Translations under genes and position numbers: made by a program
The notes under the pieces: generated by a model
What the model was told of the DNA's origin: nothing
Databases searched by the model: none
Seen by the model: only the letters and a program-made list of their open reading frames with translations
Shown: positions 56,153-64,000 of the stretch, piece after piece
Position numbering within the stretch: position 1 is the stretch's first letter
How the letters are laid out: every line of letters begins with the position of its first letter
Assembly (NCBI GenBank): GCA_027493955.1
Contig: JAOSJT010000001.1
Location: 4,056,003-4,120,002, forward strand
Length of the DNA: 64,000 nt
Reading direction: 5' to 3'
Source: Bacteroidia bacterium
GTDB lineage: Bacteria > Bacteroidota > Ignavibacteria > SZUA-365

Positions 56153-59122
56153 ATGCACATGCGCGACATACGAATCGGGGCGCAGCTTTCTGCCGCCTTC
56201 GCCCTGGTCCTTTTCTTCGTCGTCGTACTCGGCGTTCTCGCATGGTATCATACCGACGTGGTCTGGCGCTCCCTCGATGGTCTCTACCGGCACCCCTTCG
56301 TGGTACGCGAGGCGATCGGAGATCTGAGAAGTGACATACTGATCATTCATCGGAATATGAAGGACCTTCTTCTCACGGAGGATCCGGCGCGGCAGGACGT
56401 GCTTTTGCGGGGCATTGGCCTCGCGGAAATCGACGCAGAGCAGCAATTCGACATCCTGTTTGACCGGTATCTCGGGCACCGCTCCGACATCGACAGTGTC
56501 CGCATTGCTTTCGAACTATGGAAGGGGATACGGCAGCAGACTGTCAGATTGCTGCACGCAGGTCGTCGTGATGAAGCAGTGCAACGCACAATGGCAGACG
56601 GCGTGGGGGGAGCGCATGCGGAGCATATGTACAGGCTGCTGCGCACGATACAGGGCACGGCTCAGAGCAAGGCGGATTATTTTCGTCAGCGGAGTAATGA
56701 GCAGAAGCGCGCACTGACACAGAGACTTGTCGGCGTAGTCTTGTTGATTCTCTTCCTGTCCGGTTTCCTGGGGTTGCTGCTATTCCGCGCCATACGGCAG
56801 CCCGTGTCCGAACTCACCACGGCTGCCGCGCGCTTTACGAACGGCGACTACGACGTCCGAAGCAGCGTGAAAGGCCGCAATGAATTGGGTTGTCTTTCAG
56901 CGGCGTTCAACGGTCTTGCAGAGAAGATTCAGCGTGAGATCCGCCTCCGTGATACGGTGCAGCATATCAAGCATGCACTCGTCGAGGAGCATACGTTGCA
57001 TACGGCAAGCAAGACCTTACTGAGATCCATACTCACACGGACAAGCGCGAAGTCGGGCGCAGTGTATCTGTATCAAGAGGCAAACGACAATTACACTCTG
57101 TTCGAATCCATCGGGATGCCTTCCGACACACCGGTCTCATTTTCCGCGCTTCAGAGGGAAGATGTGTTCGGCCTGACGATGGAAACGAAGGAAATCACCC
57201 GCATTTCGAATATCACTGATGACGCGATGTTTCTGCTTAAAACTCCGGAGGGAAGGCTGCGTCCGAAGGAGATACTGTCCATCCCGATCATCTTTGATGG
57301 ACGGACGCACGCAATTATTGCAATCACCTCTCCCACGGGTTTCTCCGATCAGGATCTCGGTGTGTTCGATCAGCTCTCCCTCTTTCTCGGCACGTATTTC
57401 TCGAATATTCAGACGGCGGAACGTATCGAAGCATACGCCTCCACGCTGGAGAAACAAAATCAGGAACTGGAGGCGCAAACGCGGGAGCTGTGCCGGCAGG
57501 CGGAGGAACTCGGCGAGCAGAATGTGGAGCTGGCGCTGCAGAAGCAGGAGTTGAGCAAGGCCAGCGCAATGAAAAGCACCTTCCTGTCCAACATGAGCCA
57601 CGAGTTGCGTACCCCGCTGAACTCCGTTATCGCGCTTTCAGGTGTTCTCCAGCGGAGACTGCGTGACAGTATCTCCGAACAGGAATGCAGCTACATCGAA
57701 ATCATTGAGCGGAATGGCAAACATCTCCTGTCCCTGATAAACAACATTCTCGATCTTTCCCGAATAGAAGCCGGACGTGAAGTAATCGAGAATTCCGATA
57801 CCAACATTGCACATCTCGTCCGGGATGTGAGCGACATGCTGCTTCCACAGGCGGAAGCGAAAAATCTCCGTCTGGAATGCTCCGTGCAGCAGGACCTTCC
57901 GACCGTCGTAACGGATGCCGCAAAATGCCGTCAGATTCTCATCAATCTGGTCGGCAATGCGATCAAATTTACCGATGCAGGAAGTGTGCGTGTTTCGGCC
58001 TGTGTGCGGGAAGAGACGATGCGCATTTTGGTATCGGATACCGGAATCGGAATAGCACCGCAGCAGCTCGAATACATTTTTGACGAGTTCCGGCAGGCGG
58101 ACGAAGGTGTCGCACGCAAGCATGATGGGACAGGTCTCGGTCTGGCAATCTCGCGTCGCTACGCAACGCTGATGCATGCCTCGATCGAGGTCGAAAGCGT
58201 ACTCGGCCAGGGATCTTCATTCACGCTTGTGCTGCCCCTGCGGTCCGAGGTTTCGGCCGACCGCTACGGCACGCAGAGCAGTACCGTGAACACGGTTTTC
58301 GAGTATGCCTCGCACTCCGGAGCGCATATACTCATCGTGGAAGACAATGAAGCCGCTCAGCTGCAGCTTCGGGAGATTCTGGAACCGCAAGGATATCGGA
58401 TCTCCACTGCAGGCAATGGAGCAGAAGCTCTGCGGCAGGTCCGGGAGATTATGCCTGACGGCATCATTCTCGATCTGATGATGCCGGAGATTGACGGCTT
58501 CGAGCTTCTGCGCCTCTTGCGTGAAGGAGCATATGGAGGTACCATACCCGTGCTCATTCTTACCGCCAAGCAGGTGACACGGGAGGAACTTGCCAGTCTC
58601 AAGGGGAACAATATTCACCAGTTCATTCAGAAGGGTGATATCAGTAAGCGGGAACTCCTCGCGGCAGTCGCGGGACTGGTACGAGGATCAGAAAGTGTCA
58701 TTCCCGCTGTCCCGGATGATCGGACGGAGCCGCAGCATCTCTCTCCGCTTCCAACGGTACTGGTCATCGAGGACAACTCAGATAGTATGGTGACCATTGA
58801 AGCGCTTCTCCACGGTGTATGCGAAGTCAAACAGGCGGGAGACGGTTTCACGGGCATCGAAATGGCCGTCAGGCTGAAGCCGGAAATCATACTGCTGGAC
58901 ATTTCTCTTCCGGAGCTCGATGGTTTTCAGGTGCTCGATGCCATCAGAAAGCAGACGCATCTGCGCGATACTCCGGTTGTCGCGATCACGGCGCTCGGGA
59001 CGATTGACGATCAGCATCAGATCATCAGGCGTGGTTTTACCGCCTGTGTCGAAAAGCCGGTTGACGGAGCAAATCTCATTCGCACGATAATGGGCCTTAT
59101 CCATGGAATACATCAATCCTGA
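56153..59122 (+). CDS. Hybrid sensor histidine kinase: 4HB-MCP-like periplasmic sensor, HAMP, GAF, HisKA, HATPase, two REC domains
   Basis: Start at ATG 56153 (MHMRDIRIGAQLSAAFALVLFFVVVLGVLAW). A second TM is followed by HAMP (RQPVSELTTAAARFTNGDYD). It has the H-box FLSNMSHELRTPLN, the ATPase G-boxes DTGIGI and GTGLGLAI, and two receivers (ILIVEDNEAA.., VLVIEDNSDS..). Confidence 0.9.
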   Translation: MHMRDIRIGAQLSAAFALVLFFVVVLGVLAWYHTDVVWRSLDGLYRHPFVVREAIGDLRSDILIIHRNMKDLLLTEDPARQDVLLRGIGLAEIDAEQQFDILFDRYLGHRSDIDSVRIAFELWKGIRQQTVRLLHAGRRDEAVQRTMADGVGGAHAEHMYRLLRTIQGTAQSKADYFRQRSNEQKRALTQRLVGVVLLILFLSGFLGLLLFRAIRQPVSELTTAAARFTNGDYDVRSSVKGRNELGCLSAAFNGLAEKIQREIRLRDTVQHIKHALVEEHTLHTASKTLLRSILTRTSAKSGAVYLYQEANDNYTLFESIGMPSDTPVSFSALQREDVFGLTMETKEITRISNITDDAMFLLKTPEGRLRPKEILSIPIIFDGRTHAIIAITSPTGFSDQDLGVFDQLSLFLGTYFSNIQTAERIEAYASTLEKQNQELEAQTRELCRQAEELGEQNVELALQKQELSKASAMKSTFLSNMSHELRTPLNSVIALSGVLQRRLRDSISEQECSYIEIIERNGKHLLSLINNILDLSRIEAGREVIENSDTNIAHLVRDVSDMLLPQAEAKNLRLECSVQQDLPTVVTDAAKCRQILINLVGNAIKFTDAGSVRVSACVREETMRILVSDTGIGIAPQQLEYIFDEFRQADEGVARKHDGTGLGLAISRRYATLMHASIEVESVLGQGSSFTLVLPLRSEVSADRYGTQSSTVNTVFEYASHSGAHILIVEDNEAAQLQLREILEPQGYRISTAGNGAEALRQVREIMPDGIILDLMMPEIDGFELLRLLREGAYGGTIPVLILTAKQVTREELASLKGNNIHQFIQKGDISKRELLAAVAGLVRGSESVIPAVPDDRTEPQHLSPLPTVLVIEDNSDSMVTIEALLHGVCEVKQAGDGFTGIEMAVRLKPEIILLDISLPELDGFQVLDAIRKQTHLRDTPVVAITALGTIDDQHQIIRRGFTACVEKPVDGANLIRTIMGLIHGIHQS

Positions 59123-62100
59123 CATTCTGGTAATTGACGACAATCCCGACAATCTTGCCATCTTCCGTGCGGTTGTTGCGGATATTCTTCCAAATGCGAC
59201 GGTGGAAGGTGTGCTCAGTGGGAAAGAAGGAATCGAGACCGCACGTCGTACGCGACCCGATGTCATTTTTCTCGATATCGTCATGCCGGAGATGGATGGC
59301 TTCGCCGTCTGCCGGGCGCTGAAGAACGAGGAAGGATTACGTCACATACCCGTCGTGTTCCTGACCGCGCTCAAGACGGAACGTGATTTGCGCATAGCGG
59401 CGGTGGAAGCGGGTGCCGAGGGTTTTCTCTCCAAGCCCCTGGACGAGACAGAGTTGCTCGTGCAGATCCGTGCCATGAGCAAAATTAAATCCTTGCATGA
59501 CATGCAGCATCAGGAACGCCTATTACTCGTTGACGAGAAGGAGCGCCTGGCCGAACTTGTTGCGATCCGTACCCGCGAACTTGTCTCTGAGCTCAATGAT
59601 CATCAGGAGACACTGACCCGACTCCGCGAGGCGAACACGCAACTCCACGAAAGTCGCAACGCCGCGCTCAATCTGCTCGAAAATCTGCAACGCGAAGTGG
59701 AGGCACGCAGGCTGACGGAGGCAAATCTGACCATGGCCCAGCGGGTGGCGAATGTCGGGAGCTGGACGTGGTATATGAAGACGGACCGCCTCGAGTGGTC
59801 GGAACAGATGTACGCGATATTCGATATTGACCGGGAGAAATTCACCGGCAATCTGGAGGACGTCCTTCTCCGAGCCATTCATCCGGAGGATGCAGAACGT
59901 GTACGCGCGTCGAATCGATTGGTGACGGAGCAGCAGACCCCCACTCCGATAGAGTATCGTATCGTACGTCCCAATGGTTCGATCCGCACCGTCTGGGCCG
60001 AAGCGGGAGAGTTGGTGCTGGATGCTGATGGACATCCATTCTCGCTGAGTGGCATCGTGCAGGACATCACGGTACGCAAGCAGACGGAAGAGCATCTCCG
60101 TGAGCGCGAAGAGCGCTGGCGGACTATCATCAAGGCTTCGCCCGACGGAATCGTGGTTTCTTCGGTCGACGGGCGCATTGAAGAGGTTTCCGATATGGCG
60201 ATCTCGATGTTCGGTTATTCCACCGCCGAACACATCGTCGGTCGGCATCTGTTGGAGTTTGTCGATCCAATACACCACGATCGCGCCATGAAAGGTCTGG
60301 AAAGATTGTTCCACACCGCTTCGACCGTCGAAGAAGAACTTTGTGTGCTGCGGCGGGACGGGACACAATTTTTCATAGAGATCAAGGGTGAGATTCTCAA
60401 GGATTCCGACGGAAGGCCCGCAAGAATTATCCTTATCGAACGCGACATTACGCAGCGCAAGAGGGCCGAGGAGGCATTGCGCGCAAGCGAGGCTCTGCAT
60501 CGTGGTCTTCTTCTCGCCATTCCGGACGTGGTGCTGCGTTTCGACAGCGAGGGACGCGTACTTTTTGCGTCTGAAAATTCTCCGGAGCTGTTCGGACTCT
60601 CCGCAGCGCGGCTCACCGGAACGGTGCTTCCCGAGGTTGCACTTCCCGAGCAACAACGGGAGTTCTGGTCCTCGGCGCTTCAACACGTGCTGGCATCGCG
60701 GCAGATACTCGAGACGGAGCATGAAATTCAGCACGCAGAGGGGCGCACCTGTCTCAACGTACGCCTGATCCCGGAATTGGATGGCGCGGCATCCATAACC
60801 TCCGTACTTGTGTTGTGCAGGGATATCACGCGCCAGAAGAAAATCGAACAGGATTATCAAGTCCTGTTTCATGAAATGCTCGAGGGGTTCGCGGTACACG
60901 AAATCCTCTGCGACGAAGACGGTCAACCGGTAGATTATCGTTTTATCGCTGTCAATCCCGCCTTCGAGCGCATGACGGGATTGCGCGCGACCGATATTCT
61001 GAATCGGACCTACAGGGAGATTCTTCCAACGGAGCGGAGTCCCTGGTTACCCGTGTATGGCAAGGTGGCGCTTACCGGTGAAGCGGCGCATTTCGAAGAG
61101 TGGTCGAACAGTCTTCAGAAGCATTTCGAGATCACCGCGTTCCGTCCCGCGCCCCGGCAGTTCGCCTGCATATTTTCCGACGTCACGGAGCATCGCAAGG
61201 CCGAAGCGGCACTGCGGGAAAGCTACAACATGCTGGATAAACTCACGGCGCAGGTACCGGGCGTCGTGTATCAGTATCGTTTGTATCCGGATGGCCGTTC
61301 GGCATTCCCGTTTTCCAGTCCCGGCATGTACGATATTTACGAATGCACTCCGGATGAGGTCCGGGAGGACGCGACGCCGGTGTTCGGACGATTGCACCCT
61401 GACGATTACGACGGCATTGTCGAGGCCATCCAGCATTCCGCACGCACACTCGAGCTTTTCCAATACGAATTTCGCGTTATACTTCCGGTGCAGGGGTTGC
61501 GTTGGCGTATGTGCGAAGCAAAGCCGGAACGCACCGACGACGGTGGAACGCTCTGGTACGGCATCATTTCGGATATCACCGAGCGAAAGGAAGCCGAGGA
61601 GAAACTCCGGGCTTCGGAGCGCCGTTTCCATACTTTTCTCGATTCGACAACGGACATGGTGTATCTGGAGGACGACAACGGAACCAAACTGTTCGGTAAT
61701 ACCGCCCTCCTGCGCTGGCTGGATTTGACCGGAGAGGAATTCCTCGGCACACAACGTGCGGTTCCGATGGTGGAGCACAGCGGTCCCGGCAATGGTCAGC
61801 GTTCTGAGACCTGCACGCACGCCGACGGAGTGACCATCAACGAGACACCTCTGAATGATTCTGTGTTCGAAACACTGACGTTCCCGGTGGATCTCGGCGA
61901 CGGCCACGTTGGACGGGGAGCATATATTCGGGATGTCACCGAACGTAAACGGGCGAACGAAGCGGTTCGCGAGAGCGAAGAACGCCTTCGCGCCATAACG
62001 GAGTCGGCTCAGGACGCTATCGTGATGATGGACGCAGCTGCGCGCATCACGTATTGGAATCCCGCGGCGACAGTGATTTTCGGGTATTCTGCGGACGAGG

Positions 62101-64000
62101 TCCTCGGTTTGAGTCCCCATGTGTTTCTCGCTCCGGACGAGTATACAGGCACCGCCAACGAAGCATGGGCGCGTTTCGTACGTACCGGCGAAGGAAAACT
62201 CATCGGTAGAACCGTGGAGCTTCAGGGTCGCAGAAAGGATGGCATCGTCATTTCCATTGCGTTATCGCTCTCGGCCGCAAATATTCGAGACGAGTGGCAT
62301 TCTGTGGCGATCATCCGTGACATCACCGACTGGAAACTTGCCGAACTGACTCTCCGCGAAAGCGAATCCCGCTTCCGTACCATGATGGAGCAGTCTCCCA
62401 TCGCCTATCAATCGCTGGATGAAGAAGGACGCTTTATTGACGTCAATGACGAACTATGCGAGTTCCTGGGCTATACCCGCGCGGAATTGCTTGGCACACC
62501 CTTCGTGCGTGTAGTGCCTCTCGAGCTCCGCGATCAATTTTCAGCTTCCTTTGCCCGATTTCTCACGGATGATTCCATTCTCGACGAAATGCGTCTGGTC
62601 AGAAAGGATGGAGAAATCTACGATGTGATCCTGCAAGGCCGGGTACAGCGGACACCGAACGGACGTTTTTTGCGCACCCACTGCGTCCTGTTCAACATCA
62701 CCGAGCGAAAGCAGGCGGAGCGCGCATTGCAGGAGAGCGAGACGCTCTATCGCTCGTTGTTTGATGAACACAGCGCCATCAAACTGCTCATTGATCCGGC
62801 TTCCGGTGCCATCGTTGATGCCAACCACGCAGCCGCATCGTTTTATGGCTGGCCAAGGGATGTGCTGAAGTCCATGAACATTTCGCAGATCAACACCTTA
62901 CCCACCAACCAGCTCTTCCGGGAAATGGATAAGACGGTACAAAACCGACAGGGCTATTATGAGTTTCTGCACCGCTGTTCTGACGGGGCCATCCGTAACG
63001 TAGAGGTGTTCGCGGGAACCGTCAGCATCAAAGGACGAGCCTTCATCCATTCCGTTATTCACGATGTAACGGAGAAAAAGGAAGCGGAGAGGCGTATTCG
63101 TCTCCTCGGACGTTCGGTGGAGCAGAGTCCCGTCGGTATCATGATTACCGATCCCAATGGTAGTATCGAATATGTCAATCCCGAATTCACCGCCATCACC
63201 GGCTATGATCAGGATGAGGTTCTCGGGCATAATGCACGACTTCTGAAATCCGGGGAGCATGGTGCCGAATTTTATTCGACTCTATGGAAAACGATACTTG
63301 CCGGAGGGGATTGGTCCGGTGAATTTCATAATCGACGGAAAACAGGTGAACTCTATTGGGAGCGCGCTATCATCTCGCCGGTAATGTCCGACGAAGACCG
63401 CATTTCCCACTTCGTCGCCATTAAACAGGATACGACCAAGGAGCGGCAACTCCTGGCCGATCTCGTCATTGCCAAGGAAAAAGCCGAGGAAAGCGATCGC
63501 CTGAAATCCACCTTTCTTGCCAATATGAGTCACGAAGTGCGCACGCCCATGAACACGATTATCGGCTTCTGCGAATTGCTCATCGATCCAAACCTGGAAG
63601 CGGAGGAGCGTGAGCAATATACGGCAGTCATACGGCAGCGCTCGTACGATCTTCTCTACATCATCAACGACATTCTGGATATATCGCTGATTGAAGCAGG
63701 CGAAATGCGTCTTGTGGAGGAAACGGCGCACATCAGCGCGATTCTTGAGGATTTGCATCTCACTTTCCGGCATGTGCACCAGGAAAATCCCGCGAACCCC
63801 GTGACACTCGCGGTCATCAATCAGCTCGGAGCACTGGATGACGCAGTGCTCATCGATGCGCGGCGACTCAAGCAGATTCTGTCCAACCTGCTGTCCAACG
63901 CATTCAAGTTCACGCATGAAGGAACAGTCACCTTCGGCTGTCGCGGCATAAAAGACGAAAGATTGCTCTTTTTTGTTGAAGACACCGGCATCGGCATTCC
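59103..64000 (+). CDS. REC - coiled coil - about 10 PAS domains - HisKA/HATPase sensor kinase (3' end beyond the window)
   Basis: Hand translation from ATG 59103 (MEYINPDILVIDDNPDNLAIF...) shows an uninterrupted frame to position 64000. It is absent from the ORF track because no stop falls inside the window. Ten PAS modules each end in a D(I/V)T(E)RK-like motif. The H-box FLANMSHEVRTPMN is at ~63510, and the N-box/G1 (LLSNAFKFT ... EDTGIGI) is at the window end. It overlaps the preceding gene by 20 nt. Confidence 0.9.
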   Translation, partial: MEYINPDILVIDDNPDNLAIFRAVVADILPNATVEGVLSGKEGIETARRTRPDVIFLDIVMPEMDGFAVCRALKNEEGLRHIPVVFLTALKTERDLRIAAVEAGAEGFLSKPLDETELLVQIRAMSKIKSLHDMQHQERLLLVDEKERLAELVAIRTRELVSELNDHQETLTRLREANTQLHESRNAALNLLENLQREVEARRLTEANLTMAQRVANVGSWTWYMKTDRLEWSEQMYAIFDIDREKFTGNLEDVLLRAIHPEDAERVRASNRLVTEQQTPTPIEYRIVRPNGSIRTVWAEAGELVLDADGHPFSLSGIVQDITVRKQTEEHLREREERWRTIIKASPDGIVVSSVDGRIEEVSDMAISMFGYSTAEHIVGRHLLEFVDPIHHDRAMKGLERLFHTASTVEEELCVLRRDGTQFFIEIKGEILKDSDGRPARIILIERDITQRKRAEEALRASEALHRGLLLAIPDVVLRFDSEGRVLFASENSPELFGLSAARLTGTVLPEVALPEQQREFWSSALQHVLASRQILETEHEIQHAEGRTCLNVRLIPELDGAASITSVLVLCRDITRQKKIEQDYQVLFHEMLEGFAVHEILCDEDGQPVDYRFIAVNPAFERMTGLRATDILNRTYREILPTERSPWLPVYGKVALTGEAAHFEEWSNSLQKHFEITAFRPAPRQFACIFSDVTEHRKAEAALRESYNMLDKLTAQVPGVVYQYRLYPDGRSAFPFSSPGMYDIYECTPDEVREDATPVFGRLHPDDYDGIVEAIQHSARTLELFQYEFRVILPVQGLRWRMCEAKPERTDDGGTLWYGIISDITERKEAEEKLRASERRFHTFLDSTTDMVYLEDDNGTKLFGNTALLRWLDLTGEEFLGTQRAVPMVEHSGPGNGQRSETCTHADGVTINETPLNDSVFETLTFPVDLGDGHVGRGAYIRDVTERKRANEAVRESEERLRAITESAQDAIVMMDAAARITYWNPAATVIFGYSADEVLGLSPHVFLAPDEYTGTANEAWARFVRTGEGKLIGRTVELQGRRKDGIVISIALSLSAANIRDEWHSVAIIRDITDWKLAELTLRESESRFRTMMEQSPIAYQSLDEEGRFIDVNDELCEFLGYTRAELLGTPFVRVVPLELRDQFSASFARFLTDDSILDEMRLVRKDGEIYDVILQGRVQRTPNGRFLRTHCVLFNITERKQAERALQESETLYRSLFDEHSAIKLLIDPASGAIVDANHAAASFYGWPRDVLKSMNISQINTLPTNQLFREMDKTVQNRQGYYEFLHRCSDGAIRNVEVFAGTVSIKGRAFIHSVIHDVTEKKEAERRIRLLGRSVEQSPVGIMITDPNGSIEYVNPEFTAITGYDQDEVLGHNARLLKSGEHGAEFYSTLWKTILAGGDWSGEFHNRRKTGELYWERAIISPVMSDEDRISHFVAIKQDTTKERQLLADLVIAKEKAEESDRLKSTFLANMSHEVRTPMNTIIGFCELLIDPNLEAEEREQYTAVIRQRSYDLLYIINDILDISLIEAGEMRLVEETAHISAILEDLHLTFRHVHQENPANPVTLAVINQLGALDDAVLIDARRLKQILSNLLSNAFKFTHEGTVTFGCRGIKDERLLFFVEDTGIGI

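Noticed and set aside
59523-63917. Minus-strand ORFs 59523..60926 (467 aa), 61047..62120 (357 aa), 62541..62828, 62898..63260 and 63282..63917
   Set aside because: All lie antisense to the continuous REC-PAS-kinase frame, which has clear domain signatures. Their sequences look like reversed PAS coding (R/H/L-rich).

Overview
This is a visibly GC-rich bacterial chromosomal segment. It most likely comes from a member of the FCB superphylum. The grounds are two proteins ending in T9SS/Por-type C-terminal sorting domains, a BlaR1-TonB fusion, a DUF4159/DUF4175 Bat-like pair, and thrombospondin-repeat/OmpA outer-membrane proteins. This placement is inference only.

I support about 45 CDS. Housekeeping genes include glmS, nadA, lpdA, ftcD, a MetH-like Hcy+pterin module, a second homocysteine S-methyltransferase, larB-larE, btpA, and several peptidases (M23, S9, M29).

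The notable content is as follows:
- Five sequence-distinct tandem-repeat families, all intergenic and most visibly hairpin-rich. Their periods are 74, ~117, 72/62, 37 and 7/14 bp. None has CRISPR-like unique spacers.
- An intact IS3-family element (orfA/orfB with an A7 -1 frameshift site) inserted inside one repeat unit, with a 3-bp GTG target duplication.
- A ~1.48-kb tandem duplication carrying two lipoprotein paralogs that have localised hyper-divergent patches.
- A Cyc2-like fused monoheme cytochrome-porin directly downstream of a secreted pentaheme cytochrome.
- A signalling block of CheR, a hybrid kinase with an MCP-type sensor, and a REC-10xPAS-kinase. The last is an uninterrupted frame of more than 1600 codons. 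It runs off the window end and is therefore absent from the supplied ORF track.

I recognised no rRNA, tRNA or CRISPR array. Many long ORFs in the track are antisense shadows of real genes or read-through of repeats.
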